Below the pieces are notes generated by a model that was not told the origin of the DNA, ran no database searches, and saw nothing but the letters and a program-made list of their open reading frames with translations. DNA of 64,000 bases, taken from positions 24,428,001 through 24,492,000 of the forward strand of contig NC_059440.1 in NCBI RefSeq assembly GCF_021028975.2, given 5' to 3'. Shown piece after piece: positions 46,988 to 58,371 of the stretch. This DNA is from Sphaerodactylus townsendi (taxonomy: Eukaryota). The position numbers and the translations under genes were made by a program. Numbering within the stretch: the stretch's first letter is position 1; every line of letters starts with the position of its first letter.

Positions 46988-49024
46988 TCACTCTTTTGCA
47001 GCCGTCTTCTCTTCCCCAGCAACTGAAGCAGCCTCAGTAACTGAAGCAGCCTCTCGAGCTCGCTGCCTTTTGATCCGTTCTGCATTTGTGACAGTCATGG
47101 GATGCAGGGGGAGGAATCCACAGAGTCCTAGGATGATGAAAAAAGGGGCTCAGTTGTAGTGCCAGGAAAGGGTAGAAGAAGAATTTGGATTTATACCCCA
47201 CCTGTCTCTCCTGTAAGGAGACTCAAGGTGGCCTACAAGCTCCTTTCCCTTCCTCTCCCCACAACAGACACCTTGTGAGGTAGGTGGGGCTGAGAGAGAG
47301 TTCTGAAAGAACTGTGACTAGCCCACGGTCCCCCAGCAGGAATGTAGGAGTACGGAAACACATCTGGTTCACCAGATAAACCTCTGCCACTCAGGTGGAG
47401 GTGTGGGGAATCAAACCCAGTTCTCCAGATTAGAATCCACCTGCTCTTAACCACTACACAGCACTGGCTCTCAGGGACAGAGGGTCTCACTGGTACTCCT
47501 TTACAGATGAAGCAACTGGACACAATGACTGAATTTCGGGAGTGGGGCAGAAGTGGAGATTAGTTTAGAAGTTACACCTGGTAAAGGGTCAGTGGAAGCC
47601 AACCTGGGTAAAATTATCAGCTGGTGGCAGAGCATGAAACCACATAGACACATACTCATCTTCCAAATGGAATTGTCATCTTCCAATGGAATCGCCAGCA
47701 TCTCTACTTAAAGTATTTTAGACAGGAAGGCAAAGGAAATATCTGTCTCAGCCTGAGGCTTTGGAGAGCGGTCACTCACAGTATTCAATGTAGAGTTAGA
47801 TGGACCAATGATCCAACTTGGGGAATGGGCTATAGCAGTACAGAGGCATTAAGATGTAGTTAATATGGCATTTAATTACAAACCACTTTGCAACTCAAGT
47901 CTGTGGGTAGATCAGAAAGCTGAGTTCAAAATTCTCATTCAAGCATTCAGTTAACTGGATGACTTTGAGCCAGTTACTTTGTCCACCTCATAGGGTTGTT
48001 GTGAACATAAAATGGGAAAGGCCAACCCATGCCCTCTGCCTTGAGTTCTCTGGAGAAAGGAAGATAAAAATGTGATAACTACTGCACAGTTCTTGTCAGA
48101 GTTCACTGGGTTTCAGCAATAAGCCTCAAAAAGCAAAGAAAAATAGGCTGGCTTACCGAGAAGTTTTTGAAGAGGCTTGCTGTACTGGGCCCCACAGCCG
48201 ATCCAGTATTTAACTCGCTCGAAGTTCAAGCCAACAATTTTCTCATCATGGTCATTTGGGAGTGGATCATAGCAGCCAAGCTGCTCCACGTACTTGCCAT
48301 CACGGGCCCGCTTGTTCTGCGCAACCACAATGCGGTAGTAAGGCCTGTTGGCACAGCCACCGAGGGCAAAGCGGATAACGAGATGAGACTTGTGGTAGTG
48401 TTTCATGAGGTACTGCCCTGCGGGAGATAGCAGAGACACAACGGTGACACTCTTTACCAGAACATCTCTTTCTGCACCTAAGTTTGAAGAGGGATTAGGT
48501 ACATCTGTGGAGGGCAAGTGCATCCTCAGAGACTACTATGGTGTTATTATTAGTGATGGACTAGGACACATGCAGAATAATGCTCTTTCAAACCACTTTC
48601 AATGCACTTTGCAGCTGGATTTTACTGTGCAAAATCCACCTGCAAACAATTGTGAAAGTGGATTGAAAGCACATTATTCCGCATTTGTGGAGGGGGCCTA
48701 GGTGTACATCCTTGCTTGCCATAAGCTTCCTGGGACAGCCTAGCCCACGGCTGGACAGATCCCAGGTCACCACGGTGCTTAGACATTTTACTATAGTGCA
48801 CAAGCCTTTTATCTAAGTATACTGCTTTTTCCAAACAGCCATTTCAAAGCCTACAAATCCTAACTGCATCTGCAGACTACTGAGCCTCTATGTTAAAGAT
48901 CTATTTCCTCAGTCAAGTTACCCTACCGGTTAGGCAGTTTAATAAAAGCAAACTATGTTACCCTACGAAAAATAAAAATAATGTTCCAAAAGGCTCTCCC
49001 ATCACACTTACCAAGGTGAACCAT
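46988..49024 (-). CDS. MRPS16: Mitochondrial ribosomal protein S16 (137 aa)
   Basis: Minus-strand exons 49024-49012, 48417-48157, 47127-46988 (13/261/140 nt). [59 protein letters not shown]...[28 protein letters not shown] matches bS16m. ATTAAA on the minus strand at 46890-46895. Confidence 0.95.
47174..47470 (-). mobile_element. tRNA-derived CORE SINE
   Basis: Full-length copy in an MRPS16 intron. Confidence 0.85.
48564..48698. mobile_element. PIF/Harbinger-type MITE
   Basis: Same family, left TIR partly deleted. Confidence 0.8.
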
Positions 49025-49129
49025 GATGGCTTTTGGCTGGGAAAGAGAAGAAAAGCAAGAATCAGATCCTCAAAGAAGCACAAAGTCGTCTCGTTTGTTA
49101 CACGTGCTTGTAAATCCACCACCCACCCA

Positions 49130-49560
49130 CCCACCCACCCCGATCTTAACGAGCTCCAAGAGCCATGCACCAAGGTGAAAATCCCCAGCTCTACCAAGGG
49201 CGCATGCGCACAGCAGGCATGGAACGGCGCTCTTTGACGCATCGGTACTCTCGCGCAGGCGCCTCTCTAGTCACAGAGGCATGACGGGAACTGTAGTCCT
49301 GGCTTTGTCGCGGCGTCGCGTTGCTCAGCAACCGCGCGGGCAGGGCAAAGCCAGGGATTGCCGCGCTGACAAGGTGGGACGAAGGCAGCGAGGAAGAGCC
49401 CGAGGCCGAAGCGAAGAGAGACGGGGCTGTGGGCGAAAGGAAAGCCGGCACGCCTGGAGGTGAGTCTCGGTTTTTGTCATGCCCCGTAATGTGCTTGCTA
49501 GCCACGCCCCTCCATCGTAGCCACGCCCCATGGGCGGGGTTTATGGTTTTAGCGTCCTAT
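49130..49560. promoter_or_regulatory. Bidirectional CpG-island promoter shared by MRPS16 and CCDC27
   Basis: CpG-rich. NRF1 motif GCGCATGCGCA at 49200-49210. ZNF143/THAP11 SBS-type motif (minus strand ACTACAGTTCCCGTCATGCC) at 49278-49297. Plus-strand donor GAG|GTGAGT at 49459/60 for a CCDC27 non-coding first exon. Confidence 0.75.
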
Positions 49561-50081
49561 TTTGGTGGTAGAGGCAGGAAACTAGTCCTCAATGAGGTGG
49601 CAATTTATCTTTGGTAGTTCTTAGGTCGGGGGGGGGGGGCTGGATTTGAAATGCTGCCCCCTCCACATATGCCCCCAAACCAATTCCTCCCTGTTAAAAA
49701 AGCCCCCTAAAATTACATTTTAAATTAAAATTAAGATAAAATTTTAAATTACACAAAATTACACACATCACACAGCAGCATGACCCTAGGGTTCATTTAT
49801 TTATTTATTGGATTTATATTCTACCCAATCCCTGAAGGGCTCTAGGCGGGTTACAGCAAGCTTAGAACATTAAAATATGGCTCTCAGCTCAAACTGGCTG
49901 AACACATCATTAACAACCAGCGGCCCATGCCATTAGCAGACAGTTATTCTGGTTGATTTCACAGCTGCCAGTTCTTTAGCTGGTTGTTGGCCTTTCATTA
50001 CAATTATTATTATTAAATATTATTATCCTTACAGCTCTTTCCTTCTCTTGTGGTTCCGAGAGCAGAGAAGAGGCTGCAGCA

Positions 50082-51283
50082 ATGGAGAAACAGTTCAACC
50101 TAATGACGAAAGGCTTCAGCGAGCTGCGGGAGGTGATCGACCGGAAGCCGCAGACCCGCGTGTGGAACCCTCCCGCCAGCAGCAAGACCAACCCGAGCAG
50201 AGCGTCCCAAGTGATCCAGCAGTATTACAAGAAACAGGTGTTTTATTCCTTTAATTTATGTAGTTAGTCTCAAATGCTGCCCTTCTCATGGGCTCAGGTA
50301 CTTGCAGTATTTCACAATAAATATTTATGTTTATTAAAAAAAATGAAAAAACCCAACCTGGAACCCATGGTGATTAGACTAACAATGTACAGGAAGGAAA
50401 AGGCGGGAAAGAAAAGGAAAGAGTAAAGGAGAAGGGAGGCCAAGGAGAACCGCAGTAGCTTCCACCTGGTGGAGCAGCTCTGTCTCACATGCCCTACAGA
50501 ACATCAGATCCCGCAGGGGGCCCGGGTTCCATAGGCGAGTGTTCTACCAGGTTGGGGCCAGGACAGAAAAAGCCCTGACCCTGGTTGAGGCTAACTGGAT
50601 ATCTTTCAGGCCAGGGATCCCCAGAAGATTTTCACTCGCTGTCCGTAGGCTCTGCGTCAGTTATAATGTGCACTAAAAAAAAAGTATAGATTTGGGTAGT
50701 AGTGTAACATACCTTTTTTGTCCTCGTACCTTCGGGACCGCATCACCCCATATGTTCCAACTCGGCCTCTGCGTTCTGCAGAGGCCAACCTACTGGTGGT
50801 CCCCGGCCCCTCTATGATGCGGCTGGCCTCCACGCGGGCCAGGACCTTTACGGCACTGGCCCCGGCCTGGTGGAACACCCTTCCTCCATCTGTCCGGGCC
50901 CTGCGGGACTTGGGTGAGTTCCGCAGGGCCTGTAAGACTGTGTTGTTTCACCGGGCCTTTGGAGTGTCTAGCTGCTGATTGGCCCCCCCCTTCATTGCCC
51001 TGCGCCTGGGGCGGTCCCATCAGGGCCCCATCATATTATTGAGGGGCCTCACATTATGGGGAAGTAGGTTTTTAAATTGCCCGATGGGACACCTCTTATT
51101 GTGCTCTTATTATTATTCTGGTAGCATGTTACTATGTATTGTGGGTTCGCTGTTTTTATGAGTTTTAAGTTATTCTATGATGGAGCCTGTGTATTTATAT
51201 TTTTGTGATTGCTCCTATTGATGTTTGGATATTGTTGTCCACCGCCCGGAGCCCTTCGGGGATCGGGCGGTATATAAATTTAA

Positions 51284-51322
<39 letters not shown>

Positions 51323-54300
51323 ATTCTGCTGTCTGTCTCAGGTTACACAACAAAACATGACTCCCTTACTGGAGGGCTACATGACTGAAGTGGAGAACTT
51401 GCAGAAAGGTTTCCTCATGCGGCCCGGCTGCCCAAAGTACAGCCATATGGCAACTTCGACATCTGCACTTGGTAAGGCGACTCACGAGAGAGAAGTTGTT
51501 GATGGGCGGTGTGAAGTGGTTAGAGCCGCAGACTGAGGCAGGGGAGACGTGAAGCCGAGATTCAGGAAATTTGCTGAGTGACTCTGTCTCGCTTTCTCTC
51601 TGAGGACCAGCATGGTGTGTAGTGGCTAAGAGCAGATGCACTCTAACCTAGAGAACCAGGTTTGATTCCCCGCTCTGCCACTTGAGCTGTGGAGGCTTAT
51701 CTGGTGAACCAGACTAGCTTGTTCACTCCATCACATGCCAGCTGGGTGACCTTGGGCTAGTCACAGTTCTTCGGAGCTCTCTCAGCCCCCCCCCCCCACC
51801 TCACAGGGTGTTTGTTTTGGGGGGGGAATGGAGGGAAAGGAGATTGTAAGCCCCTTTGAGTCTCCTTACAGAAGAGAAAGGGGGGATATAAATCCAAACT
51901 CCTCCTTCTCCTCCTCTCAGTTACTATTACCTGCGCATGAAAGCCCTCGTGAATAGTTCAGTTTTGCACGGTTTGTGGGAAGCCGGGAAGCTGCTGTTGG
52001 GAGCTTCTCTGACCAACTTTTTTTCTCCCAACCTAAAGACAGCCCTTTCCCAAAATCGAGTCGACCACTCAGTAACCTGAGCACCATGGCGTTGTCTTCC
52101 CAGTTGTCCTTGGATGACTTGAATGCGGACTTTTCCTATTCAGAACCCATCAGTTTTGGCTATCGGAGTAAGTGTGGATGTCCCACAGCAGGGCTTTTCA
52201 GGTGTGCTTTTTGTTAACCCAAAGGCTGGGCGGGTCCTGGGTCGGCAAGGGAATCTCCCACCTCCCACCGCAGAGGTGCCCACCCTCAGCCAGAGGATGT
52301 TCCATTTAAAGGAATTCGTCCGTTTTGGATTCATCTGTTCCAAAAGCACTGCGGCCATTGCTCTGCGCACAACCTGAGTTTGATCCTGATGAAAGTTGGT
52401 GTCTGTGAGGCTCTGTTGCTCCGGTCAATAACTGAGACTCAGGAAAGGCTTAAGAGCTTTATTGAACTGTGTCAGGACCTTAGCTTCAAGAAGCCAGAGC
52501 TGGGGGACCAGCATATATCTCCAAGCTACCTGCTTTTGCAGCCTGCGTATTTATTCACGTTTCCCCGCTTACTCCAACTCCCCCTCCCCCCTTTCCCCAC
52601 AATAGGATGAATAAGAGAAGCACAGTATTTAGACCAGTATTGTGATGTGTTTCAGGATTCAAGGATGGGGTGGGGGAGGGGAGGAATGAGGGAGGCATAC
52701 TTCACTAGGTTACAAGCACAGCAATTGAAATGGAATGGCCCATTAACATACAGATAGCAGCAAGGGCAGGTGTGAACTTGGTGTCAGCCAATTGATGCCA
52801 GTCTGGGCGGGAGCCAGGTTTGACAGTTTCAGGTAGTCAGCCTTCCATCCTTCAAAGGTGGTTTGCCATTTGCCTGCCTTTGAGTGACACCCCTAGTATT
52901 CTTTAGAGTCGGTAAAATGAGTACCTAGCTTTCAGAGGGTAAGGGGTAGCCAACTGGGGAAGGCAATGGCAAACCACCCTGTAAACAAAGTGTGAGCGCC
53001 CCCTGCTGTGGCTACCCCTGCAAGGTAGGCTTCCTTGGCCTCATAGGAACTTGTGGAACAAGCAGGACACAACCCCCTCCCCCTTTCGCCACAATAGGAT
53101 GAATAAGAGAAGCACAGTATTTAGACCAGTATTGTGATGTGTTTCAGGAGTACCTAGCTTTCAGGGGGTAAGGGGTAGCCAGCTGGGGAAGGCAATGGCA
53201 AACCACCCTGTAAACAAAATGTGAGCGCCCCCTGCTGTGGCTACCCCTGCAAGGTAGGCTTCCTTGGCCTCATAGGAACTTGTGGAACAAGCAGGACACA
53301 ACCCCCTCCCCCCTTTCCCCACAATAGGATGAATAAGAGAAGCACAGTATTTAGACCAGTATTGTGATGTGTTTCAGGATTCAAGGATGGGGGGGGGAGG
53401 GGAGGAATGAGGGAGGCATACTTCACTAGGTTACAATCACAGCAATTGAAATGGAATGGCCCATTAACATACAAATAGCAGCAAGGGCAGGTGTGAACTT
53501 GGTGTCAGCCAATTGATGCCAGTCTTTAGTTCACTCCAGCTTTAGTTCATCAGCTCTTCCCCCCCCCCCCCCATTCCGTGCAAGCTAGCTTGGCTGTCTC
53601 AGCCATCTCTAGTACTTCTGCCATTCTTCCTTTGTAGGTTCATCTGGGGTTTTCCATTTCTGCACATGTAATATTCTTGCTGTTGTCATGTGTGAAAAAA
53701 GCTCCATGTCATTTTTCTCCTGCTGATCAAGAGTGGGGTAATTGAGGGTGGGAATTCACCTGCTACAACCAAGCATCTGTCATGAATCTGCTCTGCATCA
53801 TCCCAGGAACTCTGGGGCAGGTAGCCCAGTATTTATCCCAGGATCTCCTGCAGACAGGAAGCACCAGAGTTCGACTTCCTGCATGCAAACCGTGCCCTTG
53901 CTGTGAAGTCGTGTCCTCTCCCTTGTGCGTCTCCACCACAGTTCTGGTACCCGGTTAGTAATTTCTTCCTCCCCTTTCCCACCTTGCACACCCAGCTGTC
54001 CCAGCCACATACAGCCAAAGCATGGATGGGCTGCAGAACCTGAAAAACGTTACCGAACTCTCGGTTTACCATCCCCAAGTCAGAATCCAGTCTCCGGCCA
54101 AAGTTCCGTGGTACGTCTCTGTGCTCCAGGAGAAGGTAAGGATGCGTGTGGGAAAGCGGCGGAAGGAAAGAGAAGGACGGGGACCTACAATGCTCACAGG
54201 GCAGCCCTGGGAAGCATGGTGTTGCGATTAGGGCATTGCACTAAGATCTATGGGACCCAGATTCGAATCTCCATTCTGCACTGGAAGCACAAAAAAATCA

Positions 54301-54728
54301 TATGCATCTAGTCAATTTGTAAGCCGTCCCTCTTCTGAAAATGCATTGAAAATGCTGGGGGGAAGAATTAGGACTAATAAAAGGAAACACTTCTTCACGC
54401 AACGTGTGATCGGTGTTTGGAATATGCTGCCACAGGAGGTGGTGACGGCCACTCACCTGGATAGCTTTAAAAGGGGCTTGGACAGATTTATGGAGGAGAA
54501 GTCGATTTATGGCTACCAATCTTGATCCTCTTTGATCCGAGATTGCAAATGTCTTAACAGACCAGGTGATCGGGAGCAACAGTAGCAGAAGGCCATTGCG
54601 TTCACATCCTGCATGTGAGCTCCCAAAGGCACCTGGTGGGCCACTGCGAGTAGCAGAGAGCTGGACTAGATGGACTCTGGTCTGATCCAGCTGGCTTGTT
54701 CTTATGTTCTTATGTTCTAAGGAACTGA

Positions 54729-54767
<39 letters not shown>

Positions 54768-57700
54768 GTGCCATCACAACGCAAAGTGACTGAGCAAAGG
54801 TATTGTCTTCCTCTGCAGAGTCTTTCTTGGGGCGGGGTGTGTGTGTGTGTGTCTCCCTTTCAAATGCCGACCCCGCTTAGCTTCTGAGATCTGATGAGAT
54901 TGGGCTGTACTATACCATTCTACATCCCGAAAACTGCATGATGGCTCTTTTTTCCCATTGTATCTCCACAACAACCCTGTGCTGAGCGCTGTGGGTGTAG
55001 CTGTCCCCTAGTCACCCATAGAACAGTGTAGGGATTCACCTCCCAGATTTTTTAACCTATCCACCATTCGACCCCCTCTTCCTTCCTTCAACTATCTGCC
55101 CGAGTGCAGACATTTTTACAAGGGGTGACAGTTCTGATTGGTGCAGGAGTATCCGTTGTCCAAATCTGAACACTTGTCGTGGCGGGCGGGGAGCATACCA
55201 GTGCATGAAGGGACACTTGGAATCCTCATGCGCAGTGTGCTAGTGCAGATAGGGTGGCCAGGGAACTCATTCCATCAAGCCCCTGCTCAGTTAAGCGGTG
55301 ATACAAAAATTATTATTATTTTGTTATATTTATATCCTGCCCTTCTTGCAGCTCACCACACCGAGGTAGGGCCAGGCTTCAGTGTTCCGGATGGGCTGTT
55401 GGTGGCAGGGTGGGCCCACGTCGGGCTCAGTGCGGGTCATGATCCAAATGAGGCCACTGCGCCGTTGGGAATTAATTTCCCAGCAGGGGACTCAGCACAC
55501 AAGAAAAACCCCTCCTCAGCCTTGACTGGGTTTCTTTTCTTCTCTTCCCAGGATCAACTTCTCCAGCAGCTTGGGTCGGAGCTGAACCGTCTCTCCAATT
55601 GCGAGGCGGAGTGCGTCCGGAAGGACGAGCTGATCTCCGTCCTCCGGGAGGAAGCTGACAACATACAGGGGCAGCTGGAACTGCTCCAGAAGGGCGGCAT
55701 CCTCGACCAAAAGGTGGCCCCCAAAGTGAAGGTCGGCCAGATCCTGTGGGCTTTTTGAAATCACCCATCTGAATCCCGAGGGAATGGAAGAGTTCAGGCT
55801 GGCCAACACTTCTATTTTGGTCGGCCCTAAGGAACTGGGGGTGGGGGGAAAAGATTGCACAAGTTTTGGTTTTAGGATTTGCCTGGGGCCCCAGGGGGCT
55901 TCTTGAAAACTTTGTTGAGTTTGGGTCAGTTCCAGTTAGGATGTTGGGAAACGCGCCTATGATCACCCATGAAGCTGCCTTATAGCGAATCTGACCATCA
56001 GTCCATCAGGGTGAATCTTGCCTATTCAGATTGGCAGCTGCTGCTCGAGGTCTCAGATCGAGGCATTTCACATTATTTACGGCCAAATCCTTTAACAGGA
56101 GACATCAGGGATTAAACCTGGGAACTTCTGCACACTGGTGTAGCAAGGTGGTGCCGAGGGGGCTAGAGCCCTGGGTGCCTCTTCTGGGGGGGGCGTGCAT
56201 TGCAGGGCCGCACCCTCCCCTTGCAACTGTGCCCCAGCCCCAAACTCCCCATGGAGTTCAGGGCAGGGGCACAGCTAAATGCTGGCCAGTGGGGCTGGCC
56301 CCGCCCCCAAGCTCCTTGTGGAGTTCGAGGATGACTGACTGATGACTGACTGCACCCCGACCCCAACTCCACAGAGGGCATCGGGGGGGGGGGGGAGTGG
56401 CGGCCAGGGTGAACCCTGGACACTGTTTTAGAAAACTATGCCCTGCTTCCTCATACCAAGTGAATACTCTATCGCTGAGCCACCCCCTCCTTCAGTGTTG
56501 GACTGGCCAATTCCAGGTACCATCTCCACATGTTTCTCAGTAGAGGAATGGTTTTCTCATGTCTTGGAGGCCTTGCCCACCATCTTGCTAATCCCAACAA
56601 TCAAGACACGGCTTCCGCCACGTTGTGCCACTGCCAGGATGCCATTTACTGAGAGGGGGAACTGCTTGGAGAGCTTTTGCTTTTGCAGGTGCTTGTCAGT
56701 TTCTCTGTCCTCGGAGCTCTGCGGCTGAGACGAGTTCTCAGACTGGACTCTTTCTACTGTCTTGGTTCAAATGGGGAGGGGGGATTGCTGCCACATATTA
56801 TCAACAGTTTTGGCGCCTTCTCACCAGAACTGTCTTTTGCTGTTACTCCCCTGTCATCAATAAAATCCTTGAACCCGTCAAGCGAGTTAATTGTCTGAAC
56901 GGGGAGTTGGACAGCCACTTCCCTTGATGAGGGAGAACTGAAGTGTCTTCAGAAAACGGCCAAAGTTTGCGTCTTCCCTTGGTGTGTGAGCAGGCTGTGG
57001 CCTACGCCCTGTTGCTTCTGTTAGGGGGTTTGGGGATATTCTCTGACTTTTGCCTGCTCCCAATCCTTCCTCTTAGGAAATGGCCAAAGAAGCCAAGGAA
57101 GAAGCGTTTGAAGAAAGAGCGCCTCGGAGAGGCTGGTTGTCGCCAGCCCTCTCAGGGCAAACGAACGTCCCAGATGAGTTTAGACAAGAGATAGAGCACT
57201 TTAAATTCGAGTTAGCCCAGTCGGACAAAGCACTGGGCCACAAGGTGAACATCCTGTCTGAAACGCTGTTGAGGAACCAGGAAGAGCTGGAGGAGCTCGA
57301 AAAAGAGGTGAGCGCAAACCACCGGGAAGAATGTTCGTGAACAGTCCAAGTCCTCTCTCTCCAAGGTAGCATTCTGCCTTTTCTTTAGCAAAGCATCAGG
57401 ATCTTCTAAACCGAGTGTCCTCAGGACAGGGTAAGTAGAGGAACATATTTTGCCACGAGTTTTCTTTGCAAGCCCGAGGCACTGTGTCTTGGGCTTTTCC
57501 GAAGCCAAAAAGAGACCCTGCAGAGAGGGAAAGCCCTCTCTGTTGTTATTGTTATTATATTGAGACATCGATATCTCAATATGAGCATTTAGAGGATTTA
57601 GAGAAGAAATCAGCAACATGGAAGGGGAGGGGAGAGAGGGAAGGCGCAGACGACCGTGCAAGGTAGCGGGAAGGGTGGAGTTAGGTAGACTGGCCGTGGG

Positions 57701-58307
57701 TGGAGGGAACATGTTTGGGGCAAAGCTGTGCTCACTTTCAAACCTGCCCCTCTGGTGGTGAAGCAAATTAAAAGTCATGCTAGAAGCAGTCATGTTTGCC
57801 ACTGAGAGAATGGGAAGTGAAAGCAGGGCTTGAGAAAATATGTCCATACAAGAAATCTTGTTGTGACAGACATCATGCACCAGACACCTTGTGCACAATC
57901 GGCTGTTGTCCAAGCCTTTTGGTTTAGGGAATTTTACTTCCTTAGCCCCAGCTTCTTGAACAGGCACCTGCCCCCTGGTCCAATCCTCTGGTTCATTTTT
58001 GGGGCTTTCTCCATCATGCACGGTCATGGCTTTTCCAAGTTGTCCTTTGCTGCTTCCTATTTGCAGTACATAGAGCTGCAGCAAAAGGAAAACGAGGAGA
58101 GCAGGGAAGAGGTACTCTGCAGCCTTGGATCCAGAGCGGTTTTGGTGGGAGAAGTGGAGCAGGAGCTGGAACCTGAACCGGGAGGGGAAGAGGAAACCAC
58201 CCTTCACAAGCTCCAGGAGTCCCAGAGAATGAATGACGAACTGTACAGCGAACTGGAGAAAGTGAAGAACAACTACGACGTGGCATCCGGTACCACAGGG
58301 GAAATAG

Positions 58308-58371
<64 letters not shown>

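Noticed and set aside
53807-53995. Possible extra or frameshifted CCDC27 coding sequence (APEFDFLH, loosely like EFDYL recalled from human CCDC27)
   Set aside because: No combination of GT-AG sites joins it in frame with a plausible intron length, while the 53996 acceptor gives a clean frame. Unresolved without RNA-seq.
57212-58315. 367-aa minus-strand ORF, the longest in the track
   Set aside because: Antisense to two CCDC27 exons and the intron between them; no recognisable domain; a chance open frame.
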